This document shows, piece after piece, positions 43,471-52,645 of a stretch of DNA of 52,984 nucleotides (position 1 is the first letter of the stretch; every line of letters begins with the position of its first letter). A program made the position numbers and the translations under genes. The notes below the pieces were generated by a model. That model saw only the letters and a list, made by a program, of their open reading frames with translations, was not told the DNA's origin and ran no database searches. This DNA comes from Candidatus Yonathbacteria bacterium (lineage in GTDB: Bacteria > Patescibacteriota > Minisyncoccia > Phycocordibacterales > JACNGX01): positions 100,025 to 153,008 of the forward strand of contig JAAXWR010000002.1 of assembly GCA_013334825.1 (NCBI GenBank), written 5' to 3'.

Positions 43471-43596
43471 TCACCGTCATTGTTTGGTATGAGAAAGCTT
43501 CGGTAAAATGTCTTTTGAGAGGTACTTTAGTTGATATTTCAATATTTTTTTAAACGTCTTTTGACTCCTTTTAATAAAGTAAAATAAGAATTTTCA

Positions 43597-45696
43597 ATGA
43601 AAATATTCAAGATAAAAATTGAAAACTACAGACTTTTAAAAAAATTCTCTATTGATTTGGAGGATAAACTTTCGTTGATTATTGGCAAGAACAATACTGG
43701 GAAAACCTCTATACTTACAATCCTCGATAAGTCATTAAATTTTGAAAAGATTAGATTTTCTCTAGATGATTTTAATGTTGACTTCAAGAAGGACCTGAAG
43801 ACCTTAATTGAGACAAATGAAGATACGTTAGAAGATGATTTTAATAAATACAATGGTTTAGGTATAAAACTCAAGTTATTCATTAAATATGGAGAGGGTG
43901 ATAATCTCACCAATATCAGTCGAGTAATGATGGATCTTGACCCAACCAATAATGTTATCGTTCTCGGTTTCGATTATGTACTGGACTATTCTCATTATAT
44001 AGAACTTAAAAGAGATTATTCTGCTTTCAAAATTAACGAGGAATCAAAAAAGGCAGCCGAATCAAAATATGAAATAAAATGTTTTTTTGATTTTCTCAGA
44101 GAGACTCACTCTTCTTACTTTAAAATAAGAAGAAAAACCATCGAGTTTGATCAGCACACAAAGGAAGAAAATGAGGCAAATTTCATCGATTTAATTAAGG
44201 AAAAGATAAACATCAAGGACATCATTAATTTTAAATACATCAGCGCGAAGCGAGAGGTCGCCAACACCGATTCCGACAAAACGCTCTCGGCGCAAACCTC
44301 TAAGATATATGAGAAGACCGAAATAAGTGACGACCAGAGCGAGGTCATTGAGGTTTTTAAAGATAGGCTGACCGAAGCCGATGCCAGTTTAAGTAACGTA
44401 TATAAAACGCTGTTTGCTAACGCCATAGAGAAAGTAAGAAAATTCGGAGGCGTCAAAATCAACGAATCAGAGATTGAAATAATCTCAACTCTGCAACATC
44501 AAAAATTGCTTGAGGGAAACACTACTGTCGTATATAGGCATGATGTAGATAGCCAGCTCCCCGAGCATTACAACGGACTCGGCTACATGAATCTAATTAG
44601 CATGATTTTTGAGATTGAAATCCTCTTGCAGGATTTCAAGAAAGAAAAAGAATCAAAACCCGCTGACATCAATCTGCTTTTTATTGAAGAGCCTGAGGCG
44701 CATACTCACCCTCAAATGCAGTATGTGTTCATCAAGAACATAAAGGAGCTACTCAGAGAAGGAATCAAAAGAACGGACGGAGAAAATCGAGAGCTACAGT
44801 ACATCATCAGCACCCACTCTTCGCACATTGTCGCCGACAGTGATTTCGACGACATCAAATATCTCAAAAAAGACGACAGCGATGGTGTCACAGCAAGAAA
44901 TCTCAAAGACCTTCAGAAAGAATACACAACAGGGAAAAACCAGTATCAATTTTTGAGGCAGTATCTGACGATTAGCAGGGCTGAAATATTCTTTGCAGAG
45001 AAAGCTGTGCTTATCGAGGGTGACACCGAAAGAATCTTGATACCGACGATAATGAAGAAAGTCGATATTGAGGAAGTAACCGCACACGAAACGGCAGGTA
45101 CGACAGACCCTTGTCTTCCGCTATTGTCGCAGAATATTTCCATCATAGAAGTTGGCGCATATTCTCAGATTTTCGAGAAATTCATAGACTTTCTGGGAAT
45201 CAAATCTTTGGTTGTTACAGACTTGGACACAGTCGATGCTGACGGAGTGGCTTGCAAAGTAGCCGACGGTGTTGGCTACTCAAACAGTGCCCTCAACTTC
45301 TTTTTTGGCACACCCACACTCGCCGCTTTGAGAGGATTTGCCATCGGAGACAAGCAACTCAGCAAGGTCACTGGCGCTTGGGCTCGACAAGCCGATGGTA
45401 AGGTTTGTGTCGTATACCAAGTTGAAGAGAATGGGTATAACGCTCGAAGCTTCGAGGACGGATTCATACACCTTAATCGAGCATTCGTAACAACTAACAA
45501 AGACAGCTTCCAAGGATTGCAGAATCGGGCTGACTTTGACGATGGTGCGAAAGACGCGTATGACCTCGCTGGCAACTGCATAAAAAAGAAAACTCACTTT
45601 GCATTGGATATTCTATTTCACAGCAATGAAAACCTCGATAACTGGCTAATACCGTCGTATATAAGAGAAGGACTCCTATGGTTGAAGAAAGACTAA
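43597..45696 (+). CDS. OLD-family ATPase-Toprim nuclease (GajA-like)
   Basis: Walker A GKNNTGKTS, Walker B region LLFIEEPEAHTHPQMQ, C-terminal Toprim VLIEGDTERILIP and VVTDLDTVD. Confidence 0.85.
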   Translation: MKIFKIKIENYRLLKKFSIDLEDKLSLIIGKNNTGKTSILTILDKSLNFEKIRFSLDDFNVDFKKDLKTLIETNEDTLEDDFNKYNGLGIKLKLFIKYGEGDNLTNISRVMMDLDPTNNVIVLGFDYVLDYSHYIELKRDYSAFKINEESKKAAESKYEIKCFFDFLRETHSSYFKIRRKTIEFDQHTKEENEANFIDLIKEKINIKDIINFKYISAKREVANTDSDKTLSAQTSKIYEKTEISDDQSEVIEVFKDRLTEADASLSNVYKTLFANAIEKVRKFGGVKINESEIEIISTLQHQKLLEGNTTVVYRHDVDSQLPEHYNGLGYMNLISMIFEIEILLQDFKKEKESKPADINLLFIEEPEAHTHPQMQYVFIKNIKELLREGIKRTDGENRELQYIISTHSSHIVADSDFDDIKYLKKDDSDGVTARNLKDLQKEYTTGKNQYQFLRQYLTISRAEIFFAEKAVLIEGDTERILIPTIMKKVDIEEVTAHETAGTTDPCLPLLSQNISIIEVGAYSQIFEKFIDFLGIKSLVVTDLDTVDADGVACKVADGVGYSNSALNFFFGTPTLAALRGFAIGDKQLSKVTGAWARQADGKVCVVYQVEENGYNARSFEDGFIHLNRAFVTTNKDSFQGLQNRADFDDGAKDAYDLAGNCIKKKTHFALDILFHSNENLDNWLIPSYIREGLLWLKKD

Positions 45697-47579
45697 AACT
45701 TGAGCCAGAGGTTCAGGAAATATTCACTTGTATCGACAACAAGCGGAATTTTCTCTTGAGTGGTGGTGCTGGAAGTGGCAAGACCCATTCTTTGGTACAA
45801 GTAATCAAACAGGTCATAGCAGAAAACCCGACATCGAGAATAGCTTGCATGACTTTTACGAATGCGGCGGTCAAACAAATCGAAGAAAGAATCGGACATG
45901 CTAATCTTAGCGTATCCACGATCCATGATTTTTTATGGGATAACATCAAGCATTTTCAAAACGAACTCAAAATAGCGTTAGTTTCTATGGCAAATGACCC
46001 TCTTGTTGAAAAAATTAAAATAGAAGACCCAACACCAGTACCGAATGATTTTTTTGATCCATGCGAAAAAGGAATTCAATATAAAGAATATCTAAAGTTG
46101 AATAAGGGTATAATTTCACATGACGAGTTACTCTTGGTAGCAAACTATCTTTTTGAAAATTACCCTAAGCTTTGCGACATTGTAAAAGACAAGTTCGGTT
46201 TCATCTTCATTGACGAATATCAGGACACGGACAAAGCGGTTGTGGTAATTCTTCTTGACCATTTCAATCAAAGCGTTAAGCACAACATCGTCGGTTTCTT
46301 CGGGGATGCTATGCAGTCGATTTACGACGACGGTATCGGGAATCTTGACGCATATAAAGGAACAAATCCAGATCAAGTACAGGAAATTAAAAAGGAGCAA
46401 AATAGAAGAAATCCTAGAGCTATCATTGACCTCGCTAACAGGTTGCGCACGGACGGAATAACACAGGTACCCTCAATCGATAGAACCGCCCCGAACATGA
46501 CGACTGGCGGAGAGGTAAAAGAAGGAATCATTAAATTTATCTACTCTACAAATCCAGACATTGATCCAGTGAGATCATATCTGTCAGAAAATTTTGGTTG
46601 GGACTTTTCCAATTCCAAGGAAACAAAGGAACTGAATCTGACACATAACCTAATAGCGGACAAGGCTGGTTTTAGAACTTTGATGGATATATACGACAAG
46701 GAGAGAATCTTGGAATTGAAATACAAAATCACAAAGGAGATAAAGGAAAAAAATATAACGATTGCTGAGGCAGCCACTTTCGGTGAGGTTATTGACCAAG
46801 TTAATTTGATGATTAGTCCCACTACCGAGATTGGTAGGTTTCTTACTGAAAATCCTGAATTGTATGAAAAGGCTCGAGGATATCTTTTTTCAGATTTCAG
46901 AAAAATATATGCGGATAAAGAGCAATTACTCGACGATAAAAAACAAGACGAGGAGGATGAGAATAAAAAGGGCACAAAAAGAGATAATCTCATACGGCAC
47001 CTCTTTAAAATTCAAAATAATATTTTTCTGTATCAAAACAAGCAGTATAATGAATTTTTACGAGTCACTGATTTTTCTATTTTAACTATTGGAGATAAGG
47101 AGGATTTACAGAAGAATATTGAAGAGTTGACGAGTGTTGGAGATAAGACAATCGAAGAAATAATTAATCTTGCTGATGAAAACGGAATTTGTTTTATTGA
47201 CGACAATCTTGTTCGTTTCAAAATTGAAAATGAATACCTTTACGATCGTGTAAAAGAGGTTAAATTCAGCGAGTTCCAGAAGCTGTACGATTATTTGGAG
47301 GGTAAGACTCCATTCTCTACCCAGCATAAAACCAAAGGTGCGGAATTCGACAATGTATTCATCATTTTGGATAATGGCAAATGGAACGACTACAATTTCG
47401 AAAACCTTTTTCTTGGGTCAGGTAAAGCGAGTGTTTTAGAAAGAACACAAAAAATTTTCTATGTTTGCTGTACTCGGTCAAAGGAAAAATTAGCTGTCTT
47501 CTTTCATGATCCATCGGCTGGAGTAATCACCAAAGCACAAGAATGGTTCGGAGCTGAAAATGTGATATCACTGCCGTAG
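45678..47579 (+). CDS. UvrD/PcrA-like superfamily 1 helicase (GajB-like)
   Basis: GGAGSGKTHS, FIFIDEYQDTD, HKTKGAEFDNVFI and YVCCTRSKEKL. Overlaps the upstream OLD gene by 19 nt. Confidence 0.85.
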   Translation: MVEERLKLEPEVQEIFTCIDNKRNFLLSGGAGSGKTHSLVQVIKQVIAENPTSRIACMTFTNAAVKQIEERIGHANLSVSTIHDFLWDNIKHFQNELKIALVSMANDPLVEKIKIEDPTPVPNDFFDPCEKGIQYKEYLKLNKGIISHDELLLVANYLFENYPKLCDIVKDKFGFIFIDEYQDTDKAVVVILLDHFNQSVKHNIVGFFGDAMQSIYDDGIGNLDAYKGTNPDQVQEIKKEQNRRNPRAIIDLANRLRTDGITQVPSIDRTAPNMTTGGEVKEGIIKFIYSTNPDIDPVRSYLSENFGWDFSNSKETKELNLTHNLIADKAGFRTLMDIYDKERILELKYKITKEIKEKNITIAEAATFGEVIDQVNLMISPTTEIGRFLTENPELYEKARGYLFSDFRKIYADKEQLLDDKKQDEEDENKKGTKRDNLIRHLFKIQNNIFLYQNKQYNEFLRVTDFSILTIGDKEDLQKNIEELTSVGDKTIEEIINLADENGICFIDDNLVRFKIENEYLYDRVKEVKFSEFQKLYDYLEGKTPFSTQHKTKGAEFDNVFIILDNGKWNDYNFENLFLGSGKASVLERTQKIFYVCCTRSKEKLAVFFHDPSAGVITKAQEWFGAENVISLP

Positions 47580-47851
47580 TTATATTTCATCTTTTCTCAA
47601 AATAGTTTTATTCCCCAAGCATTTTGCAAGTTATTGAAGACCACCTAATGAGGACAAATTCTTGTATTATATTATCCATGTTTTTAATTTCACTCCAGTT
47701 TTGTCTCCAAGAAGTGTCTACATATTGGTTAGTCACACAAAATAGTTATATACGAGAAAGTTTGAAACGGTCTAAAAACATTAAGAGCAGTATTATAAGA
47801 CGAGGAATCTCCTTTAACCTTCTCAACCCTGCTATACTAAAGAAAAGCTAT

Positions 47852-48235
47852 ATGAGTATGAAACCAAAAAAACCAAAAGATAGTAGCGAGTGGCGCGACA
47901 CCTATTATCATAAACTGTTCGGGCTCAAAGCCGCGCAAGAAGCGGAGCGGGTGCTTCCGCTTTTTGAACGAGAACACCCTGGCGACAGCCGGCCGCGAAA
48001 GGCAATCGAAGCCTTGCGATCGTGGGCGGAAGGGAAGCGTGCCCTCAATATGAAAGAAGTGCGGACGCTTTCTCTCGATGCTCATGCCGCCGCACGAGAA
48101 GCGACATCGGACGCTGCCCGGCACGCGGCGCGAGCCGCGGGGCAGGCGATTGCCACATGGCATGTGCCCACGCATGCATTGGGGGCCTTTTCCTATGCGG
48201 CAAAAGCTCTCTGTGCTCAAAAGAAAGACAGGTAA
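47852..48235 (+). CDS. all-alpha hypothetical protein, resembles 'putative immunity protein' (Imm5-like) families, tentative
   Basis: 127 aa, Ala-rich helical repeat DAHAAAREATSDAARHAARAAGQAIATWHVPTHALGAFSYAAKA. Visibly GC-richer than its neighbours. TGCTATACT promoter at 47830-38. Confidence 0.4.
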   Translation: MSMKPKKPKDSSEWRDTYYHKLFGLKAAQEAERVLPLFEREHPGDSRPRKAIEALRSWAEGKRALNMKEVRTLSLDAHAAAREATSDAARHAARAAGQAIATWHVPTHALGAFSYAAKALCAQKKDR

Positions 48236-48375
48236 TAAAGCCACCCCAAAGAAGGGGACATCTTTCCACTGACACATTTGACAGAAATAGTCAAACATGG
48301 TAGTCTCTGAGAAGGTCAAAGTTGTTCTTTGTTTTTTTGTTTGTATTTTTTTAAAACCCTCTATTTTTAAAAAAC

Positions 48376-48690
48376 ATGTCAGGAAAACTTTTTATTGAAG
48401 CAAAGAATCTTTTCACTCTTCTGGGATCTGAGGGGTTTCCTCAGAGGTCTTTCCTCCGTTTTTCGGTAACCCATGAAGGGTTGCCGTTCCTCTGTAATTT
48501 TGGGGAGTCAGAGGTAATTCGTGTGATGGTGCCGAGAGGGGCAACTGTAGCCACTCTTGAATATTATCTGGGCGGAAGACGGTTGGGGATAGGATCAGTC
48601 CCCTTAGCCCTTTTTTCCAACGGGAAACCGATGGAAAATCTCCATCAGGGTTTCTGGAAGGAAAAAAAAGAGGAACCCGTGTGTGTTTGA
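48376..48690 (+). CDS. hypothetical protein
   Basis: 104-aa ORF followed by the terminator at 48693-48720. Confidence 0.45.
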   Translation: MSGKLFIEAKNLFTLLGSEGFPQRSFLRFSVTHEGLPFLCNFGESEVIRVMVPRGATVATLEYYLGGRRLGIGSVPLALFSNGKPMENLHQGFWKEKKEEPVCV

Positions 48691-48692
48691 TT

Positions 48693-48720
48693 ACAGGGCC
48701 GAAAGGCCCTGTTTTTGTTT
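48693..48720 (+). terminator. rho-independent terminator
   Basis: acagggcc-gaaa-ggccctgt stem-loop followed by tttttg. Confidence 0.75.
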
Positions 48721-48765
48721 TTTCGTATACTCATCTCCTAATATGCTCAGCTACTCACCTCCTAT

Positions 48766-49356
48766 CTAAAATGGTAATGTATGATTCATCATGGGTGACG
48801 TTCCACGATGTGTGTCACCCCACGATGATGTGTCGATAGTGAATTCTTTAATAGCGCCGAGTTCTTTGTATTTGAGCTTTTTGTGTTCAAGCGCGTATTC
48901 ATATACCTCTTTGGTGATACGCACATCTTCTTCACAATATTTACGAATCTCTTCAATTTTTCCTTCGCGCCACCATTTGATGGCTTCGAGTCCGTGACCT
49001 ATTTTGTTTTTGCCAAGTGTCCCTTCGGCGATTGCGTCAAGGCGAATACGACGACCGAGACTGTTTTTCACATGGACGAGCAAATCAAGAGACGGTATTG
49101 CCGTGAGGTCTCCCGGATAATATTTATTGAGCAGGGGAATATCAAAATGATCGGAATTATATCCGATGATGAGGTCGGTATGTTCAAGTGTTCGCCAAAG
49201 CTCGCCCAGTGTTTGTTCCGTGTATGAGCGATATGTGTCGTCCGTGTAATCGTAGACAACAAGAAGAGAAATAGAAAGAGATGCAGGGTCGTTCGAACCG
49301 ACATCGTTAAATGTATTTTGTGTCTCAATATCAAGTACGATTTTGCGGAACGCCAT
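48766..49356 (-). CDS. DEDD-type 3'-5' exonuclease (RNase H-like fold, PolB-exo-like)
   Basis: VLDIETQ (ExoI), IGYNSDHFDIPLL (ExoII) and YCEEDV (ExoIII-like). Confidence 0.7.
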   Translation of the reverse strand: MAFRKIVLDIETQNTFNDVGSNDPASLSISLLVVYDYTDDTYRSYTEQTLGELWRTLEHTDLIIGYNSDHFDIPLLNKYYPGDLTAIPSLDLLVHVKNSLGRRIRLDAIAEGTLGKNKIGHGLEAIKWWREGKIEEIRKYCEEDVRITKEVYEYALEHKKLKYKELGAIKEFTIDTSSWGDTHRGTSPMMNHTLPF

Positions 49357-49554
49357 ATACAGTAGGTCTTATGGTAACACAAAATCATAGGACTAGGAAT
49401 TATTTTATGTGTGAGAAACAGGTCTGTATGATAAGCAAAGAGTTTTGTTGTAAATGTTTATTTTGTTGCGGAATAATTTTAATATTTTTATTGAATTATA
49501 GAAACTTTTTATAAATTTTGGTGATGCGTAGCACTCTTCTTTATGTTATCGGGA

Positions 49555-49584
49555 ACAAAAAAGAACCCGTATGAAACGGGCTCT
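49555..49584 (-). terminator. rho-independent terminator of 49590-50081
   Basis: cccgt/acggg-centred stem followed by a T-run on the minus strand. Confidence 0.55.
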
Positions 49585-49589
49585 CGTGC

Positions 49590-50081
49590 TTAGCTGAGTG
49601 GGAAATACTCTTTCACCACTTCAAACTGTTTTTTGAAAACGGTCTTCACAACCGTAAGATATAATACTCCCAAAAGGAGCATGTATAAAAGGTTGTGTAT
49701 CCCTTCTGTGATTGGGATATTTACAAAAGGGATAAAAAGTTTATAAAAAACAGCCCCAGGGAAAAACGACAAGATAATCGCAATTCCACAATACCTCCAC
49801 GTGTCGTCGTGGGAGTATTTTCTGGTACCCCAGTACCAGTAGTACGGGGCATAGACAAAGACCGTTATGGCTGCAAATATAAAAAACGGACTCAGTGCCC
49901 ACATGGAGGCAGTATCCATCCATGTTCCATGGTATCCGCTCCCCATCCAAAAAACAGGCAGAAGGAGAATAATCGCCATTCCACTGCTGGCGAGTATTAC
50001 TTTGCGCCATGCGTTGGGGAAAATTGAAAAAATCTTTTTCCCGCGTTCTGTTTTGGTGAGAAAATTCAAAAACCTTTTCAT
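49590..50081 (-). CDS. hypothetical membrane protein
   Basis: 163 aa starting at MKRFLNF, with 4-5 hydrophobic helices. Confidence 0.5.
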   Translation of the reverse strand: MKRFLNFLTKTERGKKIFSIFPNAWRKVILASSGMAIILLLPVFWMGSGYHGTWMDTASMWALSPFFIFAAITVFVYAPYYWYWGTRKYSHDDTWRYCGIAIILSFFPGAVFYKLFIPFVNIPITEGIHNLLYMLLLGVLYLTVVKTVFKKQFEVVKEYFPLS

Positions 50082-50225
50082 TTTTTTTATTGTTGCACAG
50101 CCCCCACATATAGGGAAGCTGTAATGTTTGGAAAAGAAGACACCTTTTTTATGATAGCACAATATGATGTATTAGTCAATAACTGCACATGCGGGGAGAA
50201 TGTATCGACCACGCGTTATCGTTAT

Positions 50226-50810
50226 ATGTATCTAAACCCAAGGTCAGTTTTATTTTTCGTATGGTATGATAATACAGTGAATACTCTATATAAAAGGAAC
50301 ATACTGGAGCAAGAATTTTTTGATCAAGATACACTTGTTGTGGCACAGAAATTGTTGGGAAAATTTCTTGTACGACACTATCGGGGCAAGGACATGCGAC
50401 TTATGATTGTTGAGACCGAAGCATATGACGGTCCTGATGACAAAGCCAGTCATGCGTCACGAGGAAAGACCCCACGTAACGCACCTATGTTTGGTCCGCC
50501 GGGCATGTGGTATGTGTATCTCTGTTATGGCATGCATGAAATGCTCAATGTGGTGACAGGACCCGAAGGATATCCGTCAGCTGTTCTCATACGGGGAGTT
50601 GCGGGACATGATGGACCGGGCAAGCTGACAAAAGCACTCCATATCGGACGGAGTATGAATGACGTATGTGCGTGTCCCGCATCGGGCTTGTGGATTGAAG
50701 AAGGTGTGTCTGTACAGGAAGAAGATATTGTCCGTCTCCCACGTGTTGGGGTCGCGTATGCAGGGCATGACTGGTCGACACGTCCATATCGATTTCGTAT
50801 TTCCTGTTGA
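50226..50810 (+). CDS. mpg: DNA-3-methyladenine glycosylase (AAG/MPG family)
   Basis: FFDQDTLVVAQKLLGKFLV, ETEAYDGPDDKASHA and PGMWYVYLCYGMHEMLNVV. Start uncertain (first in-frame ATG used). Confidence 0.85.
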   Translation: MYLNPRSVLFFVWYDNTVNTLYKRNILEQEFFDQDTLVVAQKLLGKFLVRHYRGKDMRLMIVETEAYDGPDDKASHASRGKTPRNAPMFGPPGMWYVYLCYGMHEMLNVVTGPEGYPSAVLIRGVAGHDGPGKLTKALHIGRSMNDVCACPASGLWIEEGVSVQEEDIVRLPRVGVAYAGHDWSTRPYRFRISC

Positions 50811-50896
50811 CGATTTTTTTGATATACTTTGAGGAAGAAGGGGGACGCATCTCCTATGAATTGCGTGTACTATATTTATTATTAACAACTACTCAT

Positions 50897-51451
50897 ATGA
50901 TTCTCTATATTATTCTCGCCGTTATTGTTGTCATTGCCCTATGGGTTGTGTTTGCGTATAACGGATTTGTGAGCCTCGTAAAACGTGCTGAAGAAGCATG
51001 GGCGGATATTGATGTCCAACTCAAACGTCGCTACGACCTTATTCCTAATCTTGTGAATACGGTAAAGGGATATGCTACGCATGAAAGCGCAACATTTGAA
51101 AAAGTAACTGAAGCACGCACAAAAGCAATGGGTGCGCAGACACTTGCCGAACATGCTGAAGCAGAAAACATGCTTGCGGGTACACTCAAGTCACTTTTTG
51201 CTGTCGCGGAACAATATCCCGACCTTAAAGCAAACACAAACTTTCTTGAACTTCAACGTGAATTGTCTGATACAGAAAATAAAATCCAAGCCGCACGTCG
51301 CTTTTACAACGGTAATGTGCGTGATTTGAACACGATGATAGACATGTTCCCTTCAAATGTGATTGCAGGAATGTTTAAGTTTAAGTCTCGTGAATTCTTT
51401 GAACTTACTGAAGGTTCTGCAGAACGTGAACCCGTTGCTGTTTCGTTTTAA
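50897..51451 (+). CDS. lemA: LemA family protein
   Basis: N-terminal TM helix, then YNGFVSLVKRAEEAWADIDVQLKRRYDLIPNLV. Confidence 0.9.
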   Translation: MILYIILAVIVVIALWVVFAYNGFVSLVKRAEEAWADIDVQLKRRYDLIPNLVNTVKGYATHESATFEKVTEARTKAMGAQTLAEHAEAENMLAGTLKSLFAVAEQYPDLKANTNFLELQRELSDTENKIQAARRFYNGNVRDLNTMIDMFPSNVIAGMFKFKSREFFELTEGSAEREPVAVSF

Positions 51452-51489
51452 GAATCTTCCATCTTTTATTTGTTAATGTTCTTTTCCCT

Positions 51490-51639
51490 ATGATTTTCAT
51501 TGGATCGCTTCTTATTGTTACCGGTGTACTCTTTCTTCTCAATAATCTCGGTATCATTTCTCATATCAGCATGGATTTGTTCTGGCCGATTCTTGTTATC
51601 GCGCTGGGAGTCCATCTTCTTCTCCGCCGAAAGTGGTAG
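51490..51639 (+). CDS. small membrane protein (49 aa), hypothetical
   Basis: My own translation: MIFIGSLLIVTGVLFLLNNLGIISHISMDLFWPILVIALGVHLLLRRKW-stop. Two TM helices. Not in the supplied track because it is under 60 aa. Confidence 0.4.
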   Translation: MIFIGSLLIVTGVLFLLNNLGIISHISMDLFWPILVIALGVHLLLRRKW

Positions 51640-51679
51640 AACAATAACCGTTGTTTCTTAGGGTTTCTGTACGACATAT

Positions 51680-52594
51680 ATGCCGACACTGTATACACAA
51701 CAAGACAAGAATATTGGGCGGACATGGTTTCTCATGTTCACGTTTGTGTTTGTTGTGATTGCTATTGGTTGGGCGGCGTCATGGTATTTCAATGACCCTC
51801 TCATACTGACAGGATTTGTTCTTTTCAGTATTGTTATGAACGTTAGTAGTTTTTGGTTTTCTGACAAGATTGTACTGTCGACTGCTGGTGCGCATGAAGC
51901 CGATCCTGTCACATATTTGGAACTGCATCGTATTGTCGAAAATCTCGCTATCACAGCAGGACTTCCGAAACCACGGGTATATATTGTGAATGATCCGTCA
52001 CCCAATGCATTTGCGACTGGGCGTAATCCAGAACATGGAGTGGTGGCGGTGACAACAGGACTTTTGTCTCTTCTTGATCGTAGTGAACTCGAAGGTGTTG
52101 TCGCGCACGAACTTTCACATATCGGTAATCGCGATACACTTATTGCCACCGTTGCGGCGATACTCGTTGGTTTTGTTGCTCTTATCTCAGATGTTCTCTT
52201 ACGCGCGCATTTGTGGGGTGGAGGAGACGATGACCATGGTGATGGTCGTATACGTATCATTATGATGCTTGTTGGATTTGCGCTCGCTCTTCTTGCGCCC
52301 ATTTTTGCACGACTGTTACAACTTGCCATTTCACGTAAACGAGAGTTTCTCGCTGATGCTTCGGGTGCGCTTCTCACGCGATACCCCGATGGTCTGGCAT
52401 CTGCCTTGCAAAAGATTTCTGGTGCCGCGGTACCTCTTCGTCATGCCAATCAGGCTACCGCGCATTTGTATATTGAAAATCCATTTTCACGTCACGGAAA
52501 GGTAAGTGGTATGGCGTCGCTCTTTATGACTCATCCGCCCGTAGAAGCACGTATCGCCGCCCTTCTCGGTAATAATAAAGAAGAGACCGTTTAG
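51680..52594 (+). CDS. htpX: protease HtpX (M48 zinc metalloprotease)
   Basis: HELSHIGNRD zinc motif, four TM segments, and EFLADASGA. Confidence 0.95.
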   Translation: MPTLYTQQDKNIGRTWFLMFTFVFVVIAIGWAASWYFNDPLILTGFVLFSIVMNVSSFWFSDKIVLSTAGAHEADPVTYLELHRIVENLAITAGLPKPRVYIVNDPSPNAFATGRNPEHGVVAVTTGLLSLLDRSELEGVVAHELSHIGNRDTLIATVAAILVGFVALISDVLLRAHLWGGGDDDHGDGRIRIIMMLVGFALALLAPIFARLLQLAISRKREFLADASGALLTRYPDGLASALQKISGAAVPLRHANQATAHLYIENPFSRHGKVSGMASLFMTHPPVEARIAALLGNNKEETV

Positions 52595-52596
52595 TA

Positions 52597-52645
52597 CAAC
52601 ATTTTTTCTAGCCTATCTCCTATAACCTATTTCCTATTTCCTACT
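52597..52645 (+). repeat. family F intergenic repeat, short locus 5
   Basis: cctatctcctataacctatttcctatttcctact immediately upstream of ATG 52646. Confidence 0.7.

Noticed and set aside
43011-43506. ORFs 43011-43202 (-), 43286-43480 (-) and 43324-43506 (+).
   Set aside because: They fall entirely within the family-E repeat array. The repeated peptides reflect DNA repeats, and there are no start-context or coding features.
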